Below, one piece after another: positions 30,000 to 32,000 of a stretch of DNA of 32,000 nucleotides (positions are counted from its first letter, which is position 1; the number at the start of each line of letters is the position of its first letter). The position numbers were made by a program, and so were the translations under genes. Source of the stretch: Limnohabitans sp. Rim8. GTDB taxonomy: Bacteria > Pseudomonadota > Gammaproteobacteria > Burkholderiales > Burkholderiaceae_C. The stretch lies in the NCBI RefSeq assembly GCF_945901045.1, contig NZ_CAMDKK010000014.1; one strand, 5' to 3'. The notes under the pieces are model-generated. The model ran no database searches. It saw only the letters and a list, made by a program, of their open reading frames with translations, and was not told where the DNA came from.

Positions 30000-30260
30000 T
30001 TACTTGGATTTAGCTGCTTTTTTCGCAGGTGCTTTTTTTACTGCTGGCTTTGTTGCAGTAGCATCATCCTCGACTTTTTTCTTGCCTTTGCTCTTTAACG
30101 AGCCACGCAGTTGAGTTGCTGTGAAATTGTGTTGCTTGCACAACTTTTTCACTGTTTCCAAGTCAGCAACTTTTGACGCTGCCAGCAATTTTGCTTTTTC
30201 TTCAGCAAGTGCTTTTTCTTGTGCTGCGATTTCTTCAAGTCGTTGTTGTGCTGTACTCAT
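30000..30260 (-). CDS. H-NS-like N-terminal coiled-coil protein with a Lys/Ala/Pro-rich histone-H1-like tail
   Basis: 86 aa with a good RBS (TGGAG 7 nt upstream). The N-terminal coiled coil (QQRLEEIAAQEKALAEEKAKLL) and the central ..LCKQHNFTATQL.. resemble the oligomerisation and linker part of Burkholderiales H-NS-like proteins. The usual C-terminal DNA-binding domain is replaced by KPAVKKAPAKKAAKSK. Confidence 0.55.
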   Translation of the reverse strand: MSTAQQRLEEIAAQEKALAEEKAKLLAASKVADLETVKKLCKQHNFTATQLRGSLKSKGKKKVEDDATATKPAVKKAPAKKAAKSK

Positions 30261-30296
30261 GGCATTACTCCAATCAATTGAATTAAGTTCAACAGT

Positions 30297-30812
30297 TTAA
30301 ATCGGTTTTATACATGTCACATGTGCTTTCATATCAGCAGATGGTAATGTTAAACCTCCAGTTGCAAAGTTGATATACCTGGTATACACCGTAAACCACT
30401 GCGATGTTGAGAGCGGCTGAACCCACAAATCAACCATTTGCCAATTAGTTGGTGCAGGCATTACTGCACGTAGTGCACGTAGCTGTGTTTCACTTGGAAT
30501 ACTCCATCCATCTTCTTTGTTGAAATTTGTTGGGATTTGTGGACCACCATTTGTGCTTGTTGATTGGGAGCAGTAAGCGTTTGCATCAAGCTCTAATGTG
30601 GAAACCATTGGTTGTTTATATATGTATGTTGCGGAACTTGGTGAAGACCATTTCAATCCATTCACTGTAATGTAGGTAATATTTTCTCCTGAGCCGTACC
30701 CAGATGAACTATCCCCACCACCACCACAAGCAGTCAATAAAGCCAGCGCACCTAATGCGGCAACTTTTTTTAATTGTTTCAAACATTTATTTTCCTTTGT
30801 AAAAATTATCAT
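30297..30812 (-). CDS. Lipoprotein with a DUF1566 (Lcl C-terminal)-like domain
   Basis: It has the lipobox LLTAC followed by GGGGDSS. NGLKWS, ..NAYCSQ.. and ..DGWSIPSETQLRAL.. fit the DUF1566 pattern as I remember it. TTG at 30782 (preceded by AAGGA) would give a more canonical 19-aa signal peptide. Confidence 0.65.
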   Translation of the reverse strand: MIIFTKENKCLKQLKKVAALGALALLTACGGGGDSSSGYGSGENITYITVNGLKWSSPSSATYIYKQPMVSTLELDANAYCSQSTSTNGGPQIPTNFNKEDGWSIPSETQLRALRAVMPAPTNWQMVDLWVQPLSTSQWFTVYTRYINFATGGLTLPSADMKAHVTCIKPI

Positions 30813-30845
30813 TTAATGTATCACATTTGTTCGTTAAACAACAGG

Positions 30846-31034
30846 CAAATCTTACTCAAGCCAGCCTATCTGCCGCCATCGTTGCAGTGAGCTTGCTGTA
30901 ATGTCGCTCAATCATTGCTGCCGAGTTACCCATCTGCTTGCTCAATGTGTGGATGTTAACTTCGCCACGCAGCATCTTCCGCTGCTTTGATCGTTGCTGC
31001 AAGTTGATCGCTTGCTGATTATGTGTACGCCATT
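30846..31034 (-). pseudogene. C-terminal remnant of a tyrosine recombinase/integrase
   Basis: Open frame RSRQWRTHNQQAINLQQRSKQRKMLRGEVNIHTLSKQMGNSAAMIERHYSKLTATMAADRLA*. The last roughly 40 aa match the conserved integrase C-terminus, including the catalytic Tyr context (..MGnS..MIErHY..). An in-frame TAG lies at 31035-31037 and there is no upstream catalytic region. Confidence 0.65.
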
Positions 31035-31090
31035 GTCTACTCCGCTATAAATTTAATATATCAATGAATCATTTGCTTTACGAATTTTGT

Positions 31091-31669
31091 CTAATTTATT
31101 CTGATTAGAGCGGTATCGTCTGCCTTATATGTTCCACCGTTCACCGTTAATGTGTAAATCGTGTTTCCGCTCAAATAAAAACCTGCATTTGCATCGGTCG
31201 CTGAGTTAATTAGTGTATCAAAACACAAATTTCCATTTGTGTAATACACACAACGCCCAATAACTCCCGAACCAGTCAATGTAGATGTGGATGCTGGCGC
31301 GGTAACGTTAATCTTATCAATTGTTAATAATTGAGAAGATGAAGTTATGCCAGTCACTGTTGCAGCAGATGAACTCAAAAATGTAGCTAATATTGAAGCT
31401 GGCATTCGCAGAGTACCTAAACTCGCACCTGTGCACGATGCATTTTCATAAACATCCATTTGTACACTCATCGTCAACTGCGTGGAACCTACAGTGCTGA
31501 ATATCGTTGTAGTTCTTTTGTGATAGCCATCGCATCCAGAAAAAGTGCCAGCATATTTAGATAATGGATTGTTCTCTGTTCCAGTGGATTGCGAACCACC
31601 GCCACCGCCACACGCTGCGAGCAACGCGACACTGGCAGTTGCGAGTATGAGTTTGATTGTGTTTTTCAT
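31091..31669 (-). CDS. Lipoprotein, unknown function
   Basis: 192 aa with signal peptide MKNTIKLILATASVALLAAC (lipobox LLAAC) followed by a GGGGGS linker. It is a Thr/Ser/Gly/Asn-rich, beta-rich-looking mature protein. Confidence 0.7.
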   Translation of the reverse strand: MKNTIKLILATASVALLAACGGGGGSQSTGTENNPLSKYAGTFSGCDGYHKRTTTIFSTVGSTQLTMSVQMDVYENASCTGASLGTLRMPASILATFLSSSAATVTGITSSSQLLTIDKINVTAPASTSTLTGSGVIGRCVYYTNGNLCFDTLINSATDANAGFYLSGNTIYTLTVNGGTYKADDTALIRIN

Positions 31670-31688
31670 TGCTAGTCTTTTAGTTAGT

Positions 31689-32000
31689 TTATTTTACGAG
31701 TTGAGTGAACTGAGGGCTTGATACAACTTGTCGAAGCAATTCTTGCACAGCAGGTGAAAAAGCATCTGCAACATTTTTACATGCAGACCAAGCATCGAAA
31801 CTTGTATCGTAGTTGTATTTGACAGCAACTTGATAACCAGGTGAATTGTTAGAACTTACATTCATTGTAATTTCCCAGTTGGCTGGAGATACAGAACTAA
31901 ACGCTAATTTCTCAATGCGTCCATTAATTACGTTGCTTGATTGGGGGTCGTACACTTGGGCTAAAAACAATTCTTCTTGAAACGATTCTTTGATAAATGT
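31689..32000 (-). CDS. Hypothetical protein, C-terminal part (5' end outside the window)
   Basis: The frame of ORF 31689..31970 stays open to position 32000 (..TFIKESFQEELFLAQVYDPQ..). Its stop lies 17 nt upstream of the next lipoprotein gene's start. No domain recognised. Confidence 0.5.
   Translation of the reverse strand, partial: TFIKESFQEELFLAQVYDPQSSNVINGRIEKLAFSSVSPANWEITMNVSSNNSPGYQVAVKYNYDTSFDAWSACKNVADAFSPAVQELLRQVVSSPQFTQLVK

Larger units (their letters stand above)
25780..32000. mobile_element. Proximal part of a tRNA-Lys-associated genomic island (continues beyond the window)
   Basis: There is an abrupt by-eye drop in GC and a codon-usage change at the tRNA fragment. The region has a different gene density, recombinase genes or remnants, an H-NS-like gene and mostly unrecognisable ORFs. 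Confidence 0.7.

Overview
The window has two parts. Positions 1-25.7 kb are densely packed, GC-rich core chromosome (by eye high-50s % GC). The proteins look betaproteobacterial (Burkholderiales/Comamonadaceae-like); that is an impression from the sequences, not a search result. This part holds an oppA(partial)BCDF-like peptide ABC transporter, an orphan LIV-type binding protein, holC-pepA divergent from lptF-lptG, cbiX, cysB, an aminotransferase, the def-ligA-zipA-smc block on the minus strand, then dapC-dapE-prmB, a GNAT gene and an ABC-F ATPase. At 25735-25779 only the 3' half of a tRNA-Lys(UUU) gene is present, next to its terminator. From 25780 to the window end the DNA is clearly AT-richer (about 38-45 % GC by eye). 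I read this as one end of a tRNA-integrated genomic island that runs off the window. The island part contains mostly unrecognisable genes, a 190-aa catalytic-domain-only tyrosine recombinase, a 1.1 kb ORF-poor region, and an H-NS-like protein with a Lys/Ala-rich tail. It also has two lipoprotein genes (one DUF1566-like), a C-terminal integrase remnant, and three same-orientation copies of a conserved intergenic element. Two of those copies bracket the recombinase module. No CRISPR array, rRNA, transposase or recognisable defence gene was seen. All calls rest on reading the sequence and remembered family features; no searches or computations were run.
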